DNA from: Vicugna vicugna
Taxonomy: Eukaryota
DNA length: 64,000 nucleotides
NCBI GenBank assembly: GCA_013265495.1
Contig: MU058463.1
Location: 310,001-374,000, forward strand
Reading direction: 5' to 3'
Positions 37,600-51,439 of this stretch are shown in pieces. The translations under genes and the position numbers were made by a program. The notes under the pieces are model-generated. The model was not told where the DNA came from. It saw only the letters and a program-made list of their open reading frames with translations, and made no database searches. How positions within the stretch are numbered: the stretch's first letter is position 1; every line of letters starts with the position of its first letter.

Positions 37600-38640
37600 G
37601 GAGCTTCCTAGAGACCTCAAGGATAGACACATCTACTGAAACAAGGTTACTTGTAGAAATTATACAAGAAGAAATAATAAATATTACTGTATTAAAAGAA
37701 AAACTTGGCATGAAAAAGACATTATAAAACAATATGATAAGTCAATATTTAGGGAAAGACATCTGTTACATAAACTGAACAAAGATAATATACACAGTAG
37801 AGAGAGACTTCTGACAAACACATAAGAAATCAGTCAAAATCTAAACATAGCAAAGGGCAAAAGAAGTGATCAAATAATTTACAGAGGATAAAAAAAAATG
37901 GCTAGAGAATACTAACAGGATAGTTTAACTCCCTATAGATTAAGGAGTAAAAATTAAAACTGCACTGAGATACATTTTATATTCACCAGAATGCTATGAT
38001 TTAGTAAAGGAAGAACAACCAGAAATAGAAAGATGGCAGGAAGGAAAAGAGAGATGGATAGAAGAAGGAAGTAAACAAAGAGGAAAGAAGCAATACTGCC
38101 AAGCTTTACTGAGAATCTGAAAAACTGGAACTCCATATGGTTAACTGGGTTGTTAACTGATACATTCAATTTGGAAAGCAAGTTGGTAACATTTAGGCAA
38201 AATGTCAATACGCCTAACTTTCATTCCAAGAATTCTATTTTTGAATATACTTTTGCAAAAAGCCTCACATAGGTGCAGAAGAAGATGATGAATAAAAATG
38301 TTGATTGCAGTATTGGTTTGAATAGCAAAATATTGAAAAAAAAATTATGGTCCATCAAGAGTAAAAGGAAAAAATGCTTTGAGATATATACTTACAATGG
38401 CATAACTCATGGTGTTAAAAATGAATAAAACCAGTGTTGCACAGATGAACTTGAATAAATCTAACAAAAAAAACATAAAATGCAGATGGCTATAAATTTA
38501 GAGCAATAAAATACATTCTATATACAGTTGTAAATATGTAAAACTATATATATGTGTGTTTTGCATATATACACACAAATATCCACATATACATATGTAT
38601 TCTACTGTCTAAAACTCAATATTGTGGCATTTTTAATGCA
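37600..38640 (+). mobile_element. L1ME-like ORF2 end/3' UTR
   Basis: aattaaaactgcactgagatacatttt, aactggaactccata motifs. Confidence 0.6.
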
Positions 38641-39313
38641 AAACAATATTATTTTTATACATTTATATTATGAAAAATAATTATACCCAATAGGTATAAT
38701 CAAAATATGAACAAATAATAATGATGTTCTAAGAATATCCTCCAGTATTTCACATAAAATTTAGCAGCAAATAAGAGTGAAGTTTGATATATTATACTTT
38801 GCTTCTATAATGTTGAAAGTAAAGAAATGTTATGAGAAGGCATAGTGATTATTTCCTTTGTAGAAATAAATAAATGGAAATAATACTAAATCAAAGGAGA
38901 TTTTTAAAGGTAGTAAACGTCCATGTGTTTTCACACCTCAGTTTAATTTGAAAGGTAGCTACTACTGCATTACTCACTTAGCACAATTAGTGAGAAATCA
39001 TTAAGGAACACTATTTGGGGTTTTGGGTTTCTACAATTGAGTTAAATCCTGTTAAGCTACTTAATACTTGCTACCTGCTAAATCATTTCCAGGGTCATGT
39101 TAATCACTGCCTATGTCAATAGCCTGCCTAAAAGACACTTAGTAGAGGGGATGTTCTCTGGGTAAGGACATAGTTTTAGCTAAAGCTCAATGTTTAGATC
39201 TGCTCTGGAGTCTTTCTTATTACCACATCATACACATAACAGCCCACATTAAAAACTTATGGTTTCAAATCATACTAATATGTTGGTAATCTAGCCCATT
39301 TGTTGGTGCTTAC

Positions 39314-39670
39314 TATGTATAATATATAATGTAGCTAAAGAATTATAATTTGAACCATAAAAAAATAAAATCTCATTATTTGAACAAAAAAATCATGTAT
39401 TTGAGGACATTTATTTCCCTACATCTTATTTTAATGTCTAAGAGACCAGAAGCAACTTTAGGAATGTCATCTCCAATAATCAAAGAAGATAAAGATTTAC
39501 AAAAACTTTGCCTATGTATCAGTGTGTTATTTAAAGTTGGAAACAGAGTAATAAATTTTGGTTATTTTCCCAGTTGAGCATACAGAAAACCTATTAATAC
39601 ACATTTCTGAAATGCTGAACATTTGCAATGTAAAACATTAAAATAGATACTGTCATAATGACACTGATAA
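39314..39670 (-). pseudogene. Exon relic, end of DUF3715 copy 1
   Basis: attttctcttatag| phase 2: YQCHYDSIYFNVLHCKCSAFQKCVLIGFLYAQLGK*PKFITLFPTL vs TASOR HECHVS...RAYELTQYYFYEY...PRHVCPYAVV. Donor position (gtaagc) is tentative. Confidence 0.6.
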
Positions 39671-40367
39671 CTATAAGAGAAAATAATAACATGGAGACAT
39701 TTTAAAAACTTGTTTTTTGGTTCAACCAACCTTAAAACACAAAGTTTACAGACAGGGACTTGAAAGCACTCCCAAGCAACACATGCCATAATTATAAGAA
39801 TTCTTCTATGATAATTTTCCGAACTCCTCCCCAAGACACAACTTTTCACAAAGGTTATACTTAGGGTTTATACCACTGCCTACTCCTCCATATCCCTGTC
39901 TGTATAGATGCATTTGAGCTAAAACTCAAAAGAATTACATTTGATTTGGAAGGATTTTAAGAACCTTTCCTTAGAGGATCTCAAAGGAGAGAATTCTGAA
40001 TAGTACCTTTTTTTTTTTTTCCAGAGGGATTATTCAAGTTAGTGCTGATGTCTATATCTCAGGTTGCTATGGCCAGAAGTAATGGAAGCATGACTAGGTT
40101 CACTTATGATCTGACACTGTCACTGTCATAATCTTATGATGCTACCTGTAATATCATATGAATAATCAACTACCATTTCTTCTTTCCTGCCAGACCCAGC
40201 TTTCTAAAATGAAAAATTTCACCATACATGCCTACAGCTTACTAAAAGCTTCCACCAAGAACTTGGTAGAAGAATTTCTGTAATCTCTGTAAGAATATGA
40301 TTCACTCCAATTCCTACTCAAGTAGGAAAGGGAATATATAAAAGGGTGAACGTTGAAATCATGTTTC

Positions 40368-41025
40368 TGTTGGAGCAGGCAGACTGTTAGATATGAGCAG
40401 AGAAAGGGGGACACAGGCCAAATGGCAGGGATTGGGCAAAAAGGAGGGGCACACTCCAAATACAGGAAACTATACATCATGTAAGCACCAGGGGTCCCTG
40501 GGCAGAAGAAGAAAAACAGAAACCTTTGGGCTGATAAGTGATCACACTTTTTGGGGTGATGAGCAGCCTGGAGGCCAACAAAGAAAGCTGAAAAAAGGCA
40601 GAAATCTCCAGTGTCCAAATGTAACCTTTTGCTCAGTATGCCCTCATTTCAATAAAATTAGCCTTGCACTTTAGAAGTAACCATCATGCACCAATGCCAT
40701 GACACTTTCAACTCCAGGTTAAATAAGGACAAAGATCCCTCCTCCCTTCGGGAAGGTGGAATTGGGATGAAAATCAGGGTATACAACCAGAAACCCTTCT
40801 CTCCCCAGTGAATTTTCCGCCCATTCATTTTTACACTCTAGGTAACCAACTTGCCAAAAAATTCAAGGCAGCTGCTCACCTGAGCCTGCCCACTCTCCCC
40901 TTGAGAGTATACTACCCATCCCTTAATAAATATCCTCCTTTTACTTTCTTAACCTCTGCATCTTGTCTCTGAATTCTTTCTAGGACAGGACAAAACCTGG
41001 ACACTAGCTCTATTTACCAGCAACA
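40368..41025 (+). mobile_element. ERV1-class solo LTR
   Basis: TGTTG...CAACA termini, perfect 4-bp TSD TTTC, AATAAA ~40925. Confidence 0.9.
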
Positions 41026-41238
41026 TTTCTGCTACTAAAACCAACTCAATTCCAGTCAGTCATCAACATATTCCTATGGAACATTTATTTTCAAGTTTTT
41101 CTATTTATTATAAATTTACATATGCATATATGTATTTGGTTTTTGAAATAAAATACATCTTTCAGCTAATATTGACCATACAGTGAACAGTTTCTGAAAC
41201 ACTAACATCCAAGGTTTTTTGTTTTTTTCTCCCCTTAC

Positions 41239-41329
41239 CTTGGTTAGATAAAAGCATCACATCATCCATTTCTTCATTGTATTTTCTGATGATGAATCTT
41301 GAATATTACATATGCATAATCCTGGTACC
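41239..41329 (-). pseudogene. Exon relic, DUF3715 copy 1
   Basis: ctattttccag|...caag|gtaagg, 91 nt, phase 1-2: GYQDYAYVIFKIHHQKIQ*RNG*CDAFI*P vs TASOR GDVVIFKIMKGKIK. Confidence 0.75.
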
Positions 41330-41789
41330 CTGGAAAATAGTCATAAAATATGCCGCAATTTATGTTCAAGATAAGAAAATATGCATTCTGGGCAGTCAAG
41401 ATCATGTTTAAATAACATATTCTTATTTTACATGATGTGAAAAAAATAATTTTCTCCAAAGCAGCAGTATGATATAAAAATCTATAAATTAAAAATGTAA
41501 ATATTTATATTGCCAGCTGAACATTTCCACCAGGATATCTAATAAGCATCACAATAGTAGTATTTCCAATATTGCCGATGTTTCTTGTCCACCAATTTCA
41601 CACCTTTTACTTATTCCCCTATTCCCCATCTAATTAAAAAAATAATAATTCTTTCAGTTACATCAAATACTTCAGCAGTGATGCTGCTGTTTTATTTTTA
41701 AAAATACACTAAGATAAATGAAAATAAATTTGAGAGATAAGGTGCAAATTTTGCCTAGAATGGGTTGAGAAAGCCTCTCAGAAAAATGC

Positions 41790-42854
41790 TATTGCGGAGC
41801 CAGCTGGCACTCTATAGAGTCATAAAACCCCCACCCCTGGGCTGTATGCCTAGAGCCACTGACATCTTCACCTCCACTTCCCAATGCAGGACCCTTCCCA
41901 TATCTGCATTTCTGCAAGATATAAAACATCTTCTCTCGATGGGTGCTTACACTAACAAAACTCATCTCCCCAGGAGACAGCATATAACAATACCTTAGGG
42001 GACAGGCCTCACATCCTGCCCTTATCAAAGTCGTAAAACCTATTGTTCAGAGAAGTCCCTGACAGATCTTAAAATCAATCAGGTATCTGTGCACAAATTG
42101 ATCATCCATCCCCCTACTACTTGTGTGCACAAACCCCTACCCCCTGTAAAAGACCCTGCACGCCCACCCTCAGCGCTGACGCAGGCACCTCTTGCCTGTG
42201 TGGCCCACTGTTGCCTATAGCAGTATAGCTATTAAACTTTCTTAAATTTTTCTTGGTGTCTGTTAACTCTACTGTTTGGCAGTTAGACAGAAATGAGCAC
42301 CAGGCAAGGGGAAAGAAAGGAGAAGGAGCAACCCAGAAAATACCAGTACGCCTGCGTTTAGGATAAGGGGCTCCAAAATTTTTAGTTTCTATATATGAGG
42401 GCCAGCAAAGAAGCCAGGTAGGATCGAATGAGAAGGAGAGAAGGACCCAGCTTAACCTGAACCAGTGCTCATTATAATGTAATTAACATTGCAGTTTTTT
42501 CCCTTAGGTTTCTCTGTGTGCATCATGGGTAAGAACCTGCACAAAAGGGATGGGCGTACCTGAGCTGTGAATCAATCACCCGGAAAAAAAACACCCCATA
42601 AGCCAGGATATAAGACAGGAGAAACAAAGGAGCGGTGCCATTTTTCCTGTCTTGGATTGGAACCCAATTTTCAGGAGTGTACTATACTTTACTACCTTTT
42701 TACTTTACTAATAAAATCTGGTTTACATCATGCTTTCTGCCACTCATTAAAAACCCATTTTTTTCTGATGACTAAGACCCAAGGTAATTTTTATTCCCCT
42801 CCTCTTGGTAACAGTACCAACGCGCGTCACCATCACCATGATGTGCCCACAACA
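41790..42854 (+). mobile_element. Solo LTR (outer), interrupted in U5
   Basis: TATTGCGG...CCACAACA termini, TGTAAAA TATA-like, ATTAAA at 42231. Confidence 0.7.
42273..42813 (+). mobile_element. ERV1-class solo LTR (inner)
   Basis: TGTT...AACA, TSD ctac/gtac, TATAA ~42608, AATAAA ~42710. Confidence 0.8.
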
Positions 42855-43799
42855 GTTGTCATATAAAAAGAGACTTAAGTGAGAAAAAGGGGCCCATTCC
42901 AAAGAGTTTTCTTGCCAAGAGAGAGAATTCAAGGTACATGGAACAAAAAATTCAAAAGTCCCAAGGCAAAAATAATTTTGAAAATCCAAGGCATAGATAA
43001 CTGAAGTGTATTTATAAAAGGTTGATGTAGGAGGGTAGGGAGAACGTTGAAAATAAAGCCAGTGGTATAGGGAAGATATTTTAGAACCTCAATTCTCATA
43101 GTAAAATGTTTAAACATTTTCCTAAATATGCTGGGAAGTCATTGGAAGGTTTTCTGTGTAAATGGTTACATTAATTTAAAGCAAATGGAAATAAGAGACT
43201 TAAATCTTTAATAGCTTTCATCTAGAATACTTGACACACATATATAATCAGTTTATTTCAGTTAATTTTATCTGTCTTCATAATCTTCTTAAACTGTGTG
43301 GGCCTGAAATAATTACAGGAAGGCTCTTTACTTAGTTTACAAGCAGCATCAGGAAAAGATGCTGCAGATAATTTTAAACATTCAATCACATTTCTAAGCT
43401 TTATGAAATTAACTAAAATATGTTATGTTTAAGTAATATATTCAGCTATTATTAAATTTTAATACTGTCCATAAATTTGTAGCTCATACTCATTCAACAA
43501 ATATTTATTAGCCTTCTATGTAGTGTAAGTGGGGATATATGGACATTGTTTGTTATGGAGCTTAGAGTATATCAGCCAAAAAAACCCAAAAACTAAAATT
43601 AAAACTATGTAAAAAATGTTCTTTATAATTTCCACAATTTGTTTAAACTACTTAAGAGTGGCAAAATTGCCAAGCTGATACAATTGGAAATATAAATTAA
43701 CTTAATAGGTTTCTTTTGGGATTGTATGCTGATTTTATTATAATTTGTATATAATGATTGCTTATTACTAGTAACAATAAATGAGAAACTTCAAACCAA

Positions 43800-45720
43800 A
43801 ATGTTGACATAGAAGCCTCTGTCTCCCAAAGACACAGCAAATGTACAACTATACCTGGAGCAATTCCTTCTGAGAGAAATTCAGTTATTATCTGAGTGGC
43901 CCCTACAACTTGAGCAACTGAGGAAACAGCCACATACATCAGGGAGGAAAGGCTGAGACATACACTTGCCATAAGCACCACTGCTGACACAGTATCAAAC
44001 TGTCGTGAGACAGCCCTCAGCTCCCAGTTTTTCCCTGAGGAGGAAAGAACACATATCTAATGCCCCAATTTTTAAGGCTGAAACCTGAGAAATGAGTGCC
44101 CAGACTGCCTAGCTCTGAAAGTCAACATGGTTTTCATTCACAAAACCCACAGGAGTATAGAAGACAAAGGACTATTTCTTAATGGGTGCATGAGCACTCT
44201 ATGTAGCATGCTCTCAGGGCTCGTGCAGAAGCATCAGGCAAAAATACCCATCTCCCAGTATTTCCTTAGAGGGAGTTTAACTGCATAGTTTATAAGATGT
44301 GCTTCAAGTTCTAGATTCTCATTAGCACACAGCTAGGTGATGACAGTGATCTCCTGGGAGCCCAATAGAGCCAAAAGGGACTCCCTCTAACTTATCCCTC
44401 CAGCTGATTCCAAAAATAAAACTAAGCTACCAGCATCTTCCTGGAAGGAGCTTGTTCATACATCTAGTGCCCCAAATTGTATGTCTACTGTCTGAAGGAC
44501 AGATCCCTAAATCCCCTAGCTCTAATAGCCAATGAGGCTTGTATTCTCACAGGACTACAGCAAACAAAGAATCAGTTTTTAATGAGTGTCCAAGCACTCA
44601 GCTTAGTTACGCCTCCAGGGTTCAGTGCAGAGGGCAAAGGCAAAAATGTTCATCTCCTAGTCTCTCCCTAAAAGGAATTTGATTATACACTTTCCCAGCT
44701 GGGGCCTGAGGATTCAGCTTCTAACCACCCTTCATCTAGGTGTTGACTGTAATCCTCTCCTTTGAGACCCTGATAGGTCTTGAAACTCCTTCAGTTACTA
44801 GGAGATAGTAAGAACAAAGTCTGCAGATTGGACAGCCACAAAGGTTTGAGAAGCAATAAGGAGCTGAGGCCAGACTGATTGATGAAGTTCATCAACTATA
44901 GTGGATCATGCTGTGAAGACTGGGAATGGTGGCTGTTTTTTATCACATGCACAGAAACCAACACAGAGAGTCAAGAAAAATGAAGAAACAGGAATATGTC
45001 CCAACAAAAGAACAAAACAGATCTCTAGAAATTGATCTTAATGAAATAGAGATAAGTGACTTATCAATGGAGAGTTAAAAATGACCATACAGATGCTCAC
45101 TGAGGTCAGGAGAGCAATGCATGAAATGTGAGAAATTCAATAGGGATAGGAAATATTAAAAAAGTACCAAGTAGAAATCATAGAACTGAAGGCATAATAA
45201 TTGACCTGAAAAATCTCAGTAAAGTTCAACAGCAAACTACGTGAGCAGAAGAAAGAATTAGCAAACTCAAAGACAGGACAGTGGAATTTATTCAATCAGG
45301 GGAAAAAAATTTAAAAAAAAATAAAGAAAGAGTGAAGATAGTAAGGGTCCTAAGGGTCACCATCAAGCATACTAATGTATGCACTTATAAAGATTACAAT
45401 AATAGATGAAAGATAGAAAAGACCAAAAAGCTTATTCCATTTTTAAAAGTTGCTAATCTTAAGTCTTAAAAGTTCTCATCACAAGAAGAAAATAAAACTT
45501 TGTAACTATGTATGATGACAGATGTTAACTAGATTTATTTGGTGATCATTGTGAGATACATACAAATACCAAACCCTTATGTTGTATATTCAATTTAAAA
45601 AAAAAGAAAAAGAAAGAAATCTTATTCAAAAAATAGTGACTGAAAACTTTTCTAACCTAGGGAAAGAAAAAGACAACCAGATCCAGGAAGCCCAAAGAGC
45701 ACCACATAAGAATCAACTAT
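43800..45720 (+). mobile_element. L1 5' UTR plus decayed ORF1 (L1M2-like)
   Basis: aaaatgaagaaacaggaatatgtcccaac...gcagaagaaagaattagcaaactcaaagacagg ORF1 motifs. Confidence 0.75.
45438..45616 (+). mobile_element. L1MA9-like 3' tip inserted into the older L1 ORF1
   Basis: aaaagttctcatcacaag...tgtaactatgt...gatgttaactaga; A tail; TSD aaa(g/t)cttattc. Confidence 0.75.
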
Positions 45721-46758
45721 TTAATGTCAGGTAGGAAATTCTAAAGACAGAATCATTTAATATATAGGTTCTGGCAACAGACATATTAATAAGTGATCTA
45801 TATTAACAAAAAACATCAAAGAAAACAGAGGTATACACTATAGAGCAAGAAAGTTTTTTATCTCTTTTAAAGTGAATGATCAAGAAAGGTAACAGGATAC
45901 CTGAAACAAATATAAAAGGAGATGCTTCAGAGAAAGCACTCTATATTTTAACCATCAAAATCAGTGGCTGCCAGGGAATGGAGTGAGGGTAAGTACTGAC
46001 TACAAATGGGCACATATTTTTCAGATGTGATGAAAATGTTTTACACCATGATTTTGTTTGTGGTTCCTGATTGCATACTTTTGCCACAACGCATGGCGCT
46101 AGTCATTTTAAAAGCAAGAATCATATTGTATATAAATTGTACCTTGCAAATTTGAAAAAAAGTTACATAGAGTTCTCTACAATTACATTTCACTGCTTCA
46201 TTCTCCAATTCTTGGCCCCAAATACTTTTGAGATTTGTCACTTTGTATGTCCTATAAGACCACATTCAGTCTGCTTTCATTTCTGTAGGAAACTGGTATC
46301 ACCTCAACTCTTTCTTTAGTTCTTTTCCAAAAGATTATCTGCAGAGTATGAAACTCATCCCTCCTTGGCAAGAAGGTTATTATTGTGAGGATTTCACGTA
46401 TAGTCATTGTAGAAAGGTAAGTCAGAGTTATCCAAATACTATTATAGCTGAGTCAGATTTTTTAAAACATTGTTATCAAACTGAGCAAAATAGTGAATTG
46501 GGTCAAAATGAATTGGTATGAGACAAATTTTATCTGGTAACTAGTAAACAGTCTCTAAATATACTGCCCAAAGAAGAGTTCCAAAAACATTTTAAGTAAA
46601 GGAAGAAGTATTTAATTAATTATATAGCCTACAAGGATGACTATGATTATTATAATGATGAACTTTTAGATGTGTCTTCATAGAGAATCAGTTTTCCTAT
46701 TACACTATGATAGTTTTATTAGTTTGTAACGCTCTCAGAAACTACTTTTGAGATTCTC

Positions 46759-46824
46759 TAACAATAACAAAAGAGAGTAGAATAACAAACGAGAGTAGAA
46801 AACAGCAACACAGCAGAGTAGAGA
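46759..46824. repeat. Short imperfect ~18-bp tandem repeat
   Basis: aataacaaaagagagtag / aataacaaacgagagtag / degenerate third copy. Confidence 0.7.
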
Positions 46825-48287
46825 ATGCAGTTATCTTGGAGTAATAGAAAGCTGAATTTTAATTTATCATGTGATTTTAGGACAATGTAATTAAGCTTTA
46901 TAAAGTTCAGTTTTCTCCCATACACCACAAGGATAAGAATATCTCTTTTATGAGGTTGTTGTGAAGACCATCTGAAATAACATATGAAAGCCAGCAACCA
47001 CTTCATCCAGAAATTAGGAGAATCTTAAATGGTATTTAATATAATCATTCATTTTTATCTATATACATGAGATAAAGTTTTCTTCAAGCATTTATATTTT
47101 TTCCAACAGTGAATTTAAACTTGTTTTAGCAAATTTATAATCAATTTAGGCAAAGAGCCAAATTAAAAAAAAAATTACAATTTCTGGCTTGAGATGGAAA
47201 GTATTCCTGGTTAAACAAATCTCAGGGTCACACGAATTCTGACAAATTGCAAGTAATGTAAGCACAACTGTTGCTGAGCCAGAGTCTGTGTGTATGCGTG
47301 TGGGAGGGATCGGCAGGAGGGTTAATTATCAGCTGCTAGCTGTTGAATAGCTCTCCGATTCCCTTGTCAATAAAGAATCTTACATAATTCTAATATTTGA
47401 CAACATCTTCCTGATGTAATATTTTGAACAATATACAAAATTATATCTACGTATCTTCATAATAGCAGTTATTTTTTTTACAGATAAAAAACTAAGGGTT
47501 TTAAGACACTCTCCCTCTCTGTTCTATTTCCTGACCAAAAAAGAGCACTGATGTTCCAATACAAATGATTCTTATAGATATTGCTTATCTTTAACTGCTC
47601 ACTATTCATAGCAATGGTACAATATATTGTCTTTAAAAAGTGGAGATATAAAGTTCTATTTGAAATAATTTTTGATTTGTAATTTGAATATGTATTTTTA
47701 AAAGTATCATATTTACATGGCACTGTGGAATGTGGCAGTTTAGTGTCTGTTCAGCAGAGTGAATCAGATGCTAATGCTGAGATTCCAGCTACAGTAACAA
47801 AATAGGCTATGTTAGTGGGGTAATATAATGATAAATAGGTTATTAGAAAAACAATCTGATTTAGCAAATTTATAAAAATTAGGTTATTACATGCTACAAC
47901 AAAAGAATATGGTGAATGATAGGGAATCCACATATAGTACACAAACAGTGTTAGATAAACCTTCATAAAAAAGCATAGCAGGAGAAACATTACTTAGTCA
48001 TGGAGACTGACAAAGCGAGCAGTCTTCCCATCTTCCTATGGGTAGAAAAAGTAATAGACAATAAAATAGAGAGTCAGACTCAAACATTAACTTATACAAA
48101 AAAATTCTACTTAATCAGATCTGGGATATAATTTAGAAACTACATCTGAGACACAGAGTTAAAGAGTATGTATTGGAAACCGATCACAAGATTAGGGTGA
48201 GATGAGTAACAAGGGTGATGATGCAAGATTCAAAAACATGGGCTTAGGTACTTTACAGTTTCTCTTTATAAATTCTTTAAACATAGA

Positions 48288-48480
48288 ATAGTAGTTCTCA
48301 AAATTCATTGTGCTTAAGAAGTATCTCTGATACTTTATGAAGATGCAAATTTCTTGGCATCTTCTACCAAAATTCTAAAACAGTAAGCCTGGAGTATACT
48401 CAGAAATTTATTTTAGAGTAACATTAAAGGGTTTTCCATGCAGACTGTCCCTGAAACTTCCTTTGAGAACCATTATTTAG
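48288..48480. mobile_element. MER5-like MITE
   Basis: tagtagttctcaaa...ctttgagaaccatt terminal repeats. Confidence 0.6.
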
Positions 48481-48834
48481 AAGCAGGGGCATGCCTAGGC
48501 CATAAATTATTTAGTCTCAAAGTTGGGCAGAATAATGGAACTTAAAAAGGGAACGAGACAGTGACAGAAATCAGAGGAAATCAAAAGGTAAAGAAACACT
48601 GCCTACAAATAACTCTCAGTTCCTGGAATTGCTGAAAGATACACACACGTGACAACAGTTGGTCTCATAAAGTTGACTTTTTACATTTTTGTCACTGAAT
48701 ATTTTAAGAGATTAAAAATGAAAGAGATGATCATATTTCAGTGTATATCTATCTCATAATACTCTTCAAAAACAAATAATTAATACTGTAATTTTTAGGG
48801 AAAACTTATAGCTGATATACTGGTAATATATATC

Positions 48835-48990
48835 ATTAGGTGGTTACTATTATTACCACCTTTATTGAACAGGAAAGAGAGGCAGAGAAGTTTCAAGTAC
48901 TTTGGTCAAGATCACATACCTATTAATTGTTAGTACCTGAATTTCTATCTGAACAATTTGTCTCCAAAGTATGCGCTATTATGCTACACA
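48835..48990 (-). mobile_element. MIR
   Basis: gaggcagagaagtttcaagtactttggtcaagatcacat core. Confidence 0.65.
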
Positions 48991-50535
48991 AACAATAAAA
49001 ATGAGTGAATTAAGCTTAAAAGGTCCATGAACATTTTGTCTTTAAAGAGGAAAATGAACATAACAGATGCTTGTTTAGTGTGAGTAGATGTAGCATTTCA
49101 TTTTTAGGATAATTATATGTTATAATTATTTACTTAAAAAGACAGTGAAAGGATATCAGGAAAATAGTGCAAGATATTATTTTGGAACTAAGAAAGAGGG
49201 AAACAATAGTGTAAAAGATACATGTTAGGGAAAAAAAAAAAAGACATAGTCCTGAACTACTTATTTACCCTACACAAATTATTTTCCTCTTCTCTGAGCA
49301 TCATTATCTAAAATTATACATATACCAAATTACATAGAAGAAAAATGCACAAGGACAAAACAATTTCATTCTGAAAAACAGTGTCACTTAAAACTATTTG
49401 TTTTATATAAAGTCCACAATCAGAATAAGCTGTCTAGGTCAGTAATATTTGCCAAGTATCCTTCATGATATGAGAGGCAGGTGCCAACATTTTTTCATTC
49501 AGTACAATAATCAAATATAATATAAAAGTAATTAACATTATCAATGGAAAAACATAAAATTGTTATATAATCACCAATCAGGCAGCATCCTTCTATGGTT
49601 AATAATCACAATGAGATACAGCATTCATTGGATAATTAGGAAACACAATTTAAATATTGTATGGATCCAGTATTTTTGTTCTGGGAATTTGTGGGACTCA
49701 AGGGCTCAAATAAAACAGTGAGGGAGATTTGTGACTGTCCATTTCTGTACTAGAAGACAGAGTAGCCACAGGTGATAAACCAGATGATTACACATAAACA
49801 CTGTCTTAACATTTTGAAAAAGGAAAAATGCATCAGTAATTAGAAGCACTATAGGTGAGTAGCTCCATGCCAAAATAACAGTGGGGTTTGCTAGTACAAA
49901 GGTAATTGCTGCTTGTGGTATAAAGCACCATGATAGACTGCAGAATGCACAGCAGCAAACTGAACATTGGAAGAGATGTCAATTTTGTATTTCTAATCAC
50001 TTTATTTCCTAAACATAACACATATCAAAATGGAAGGGAAAAAAAATCACTTGTGAATGATTGATAGTGGGGAATTATTAAAATTGTATAAATTTCCTAA
50101 TTAAAAGAGCTTGGAAACAATATAATCCCTTCTCATTTGCAGAAGGTGAGAAGTTCCAGTAGCATATAGTCCCACACTGCAGATCATAAGGTATGGAAGC
50201 CACAGCTTTGAGATCAGAAATCAAATTTCCTGACAGCAAGGTCGATGTTTCTTTGTTTCTATGCAATGTTATTGTCATTGATGTTCTTATCTGAATTGTG
50301 TCCTAGATTTATTCATCTAACAAATATTTTTTGAGAAAATCACATGTCAAACATCTTACAAGGGACAACATTTCTATTTAGGGCAAAAAAGTGTCCCAGG
50401 GTATTTAGTTTCCAAGGGTCTTGTGGAGTCATTTTTTTTCTCTTGATGGTGACACCAGCAGACCAGAAAATGCAAATAGCTGTGTTGCTTGATTCCTGTG
50501 CTGTTTAGCCCAAAATGTATCATATCTTTATTTAC

Positions 50536-50845
50536 CTGAATTACTATTAAGAGAGAAGCCTGCCAGATTACCCATCACTATGCACTATGGAGTTACTTAT
50601 TTTCTTGTTTCTCTGTAAATACTCTTATCAGAATCCATCTCTCAGCCCTTCCTGCTTTCACAGACTTGAGCTTATCCCTTTGAAACTGAAGTTTATATAT
50701 AAATACCCACTCCTTATCATAAACCTCTTCTCAATGTTTCCTTCCCATTTTTGCTTTGAGGAGAATATGCTTCTTCCTGAGAATATTGTTCCCTTGGTGC
50801 ATTCTCAAGGTGAATCTCTTATTTTTCTTCTGGGAGTAATGTGGC
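50536..50845 (-). pseudogene. Exon relic, DUF3715 copy 1 core
   Basis: Branch-like ctaac plus cttcttccatgtag| acceptor, cag|gtaaat donor. PHYSQKKNKRFTLRMHQGNNILRKKHILLKAKMGRKH*EEVYDKEWVFIY, then frameshift(s) to IVMGNLAGFSLNSNS. Compare TASOR VHNELLEKEF...ESYAFL...ILGSPSMGVYL. Confidence 0.65.
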
Positions 50846-51439
50846 CTACATGGAAGAAGGTTAGATGACTTTCTCATTCCTCACTTCTATAAAGAATTCA
50901 CCTCTTACAATGATAGCACATTGGTGAGGGATCACAGAAACAATTATTGGAAAACGAAGTTACTGAAATATATTAATTCAAAGGAATCTCTCTTAAGACT
51001 TTGAAAATCTATATGATGTAAGACATAACTTCTGAGTGATAGATGTTGAAGAAACAGATATGAAAGGTTAGAAGAATGTTTAAATAGTTAAGTGATAGAG
51101 AAACATGGAAAAAACTCTGCTGTGTTTTCTTCAAAAGCAGTTAATGCACCTAATGAAATTATAGCTCTATGAAGAGAGTTGAGAGGAAAATATTAGTAAA
51201 TATGTGGATTTTTATGGACTACGTTTGCCAAATCATTATCAAAAAGGGACAAGCACAGAAAGAAATTGCTGATTTACAAACAGAAGAGAAAGGAACTGTC
51301 TTACCAAAACCCGATCATCTCCATGTACCTGCAATTAAGTCGAGAGAGTCCAAAGAGAAGAGAGCAAAATCAGAGCAAAAACAACAAAGAACAATTATCT
51401 ATCTATCTATCTATCTTTTTAAAAAGAGTGAATTTTAAT

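Noticed and set aside
40232..40674. 128-aa and 93-aa ORFs
   Set aside because: Lie largely within a solo LTR; no recognisable protein features.
50120..50200. Plus-strand exon candidate (ctcatttgcag...aag|gtatgg)
   Set aside because: Isolated, with no partner exons or protein similarity found.
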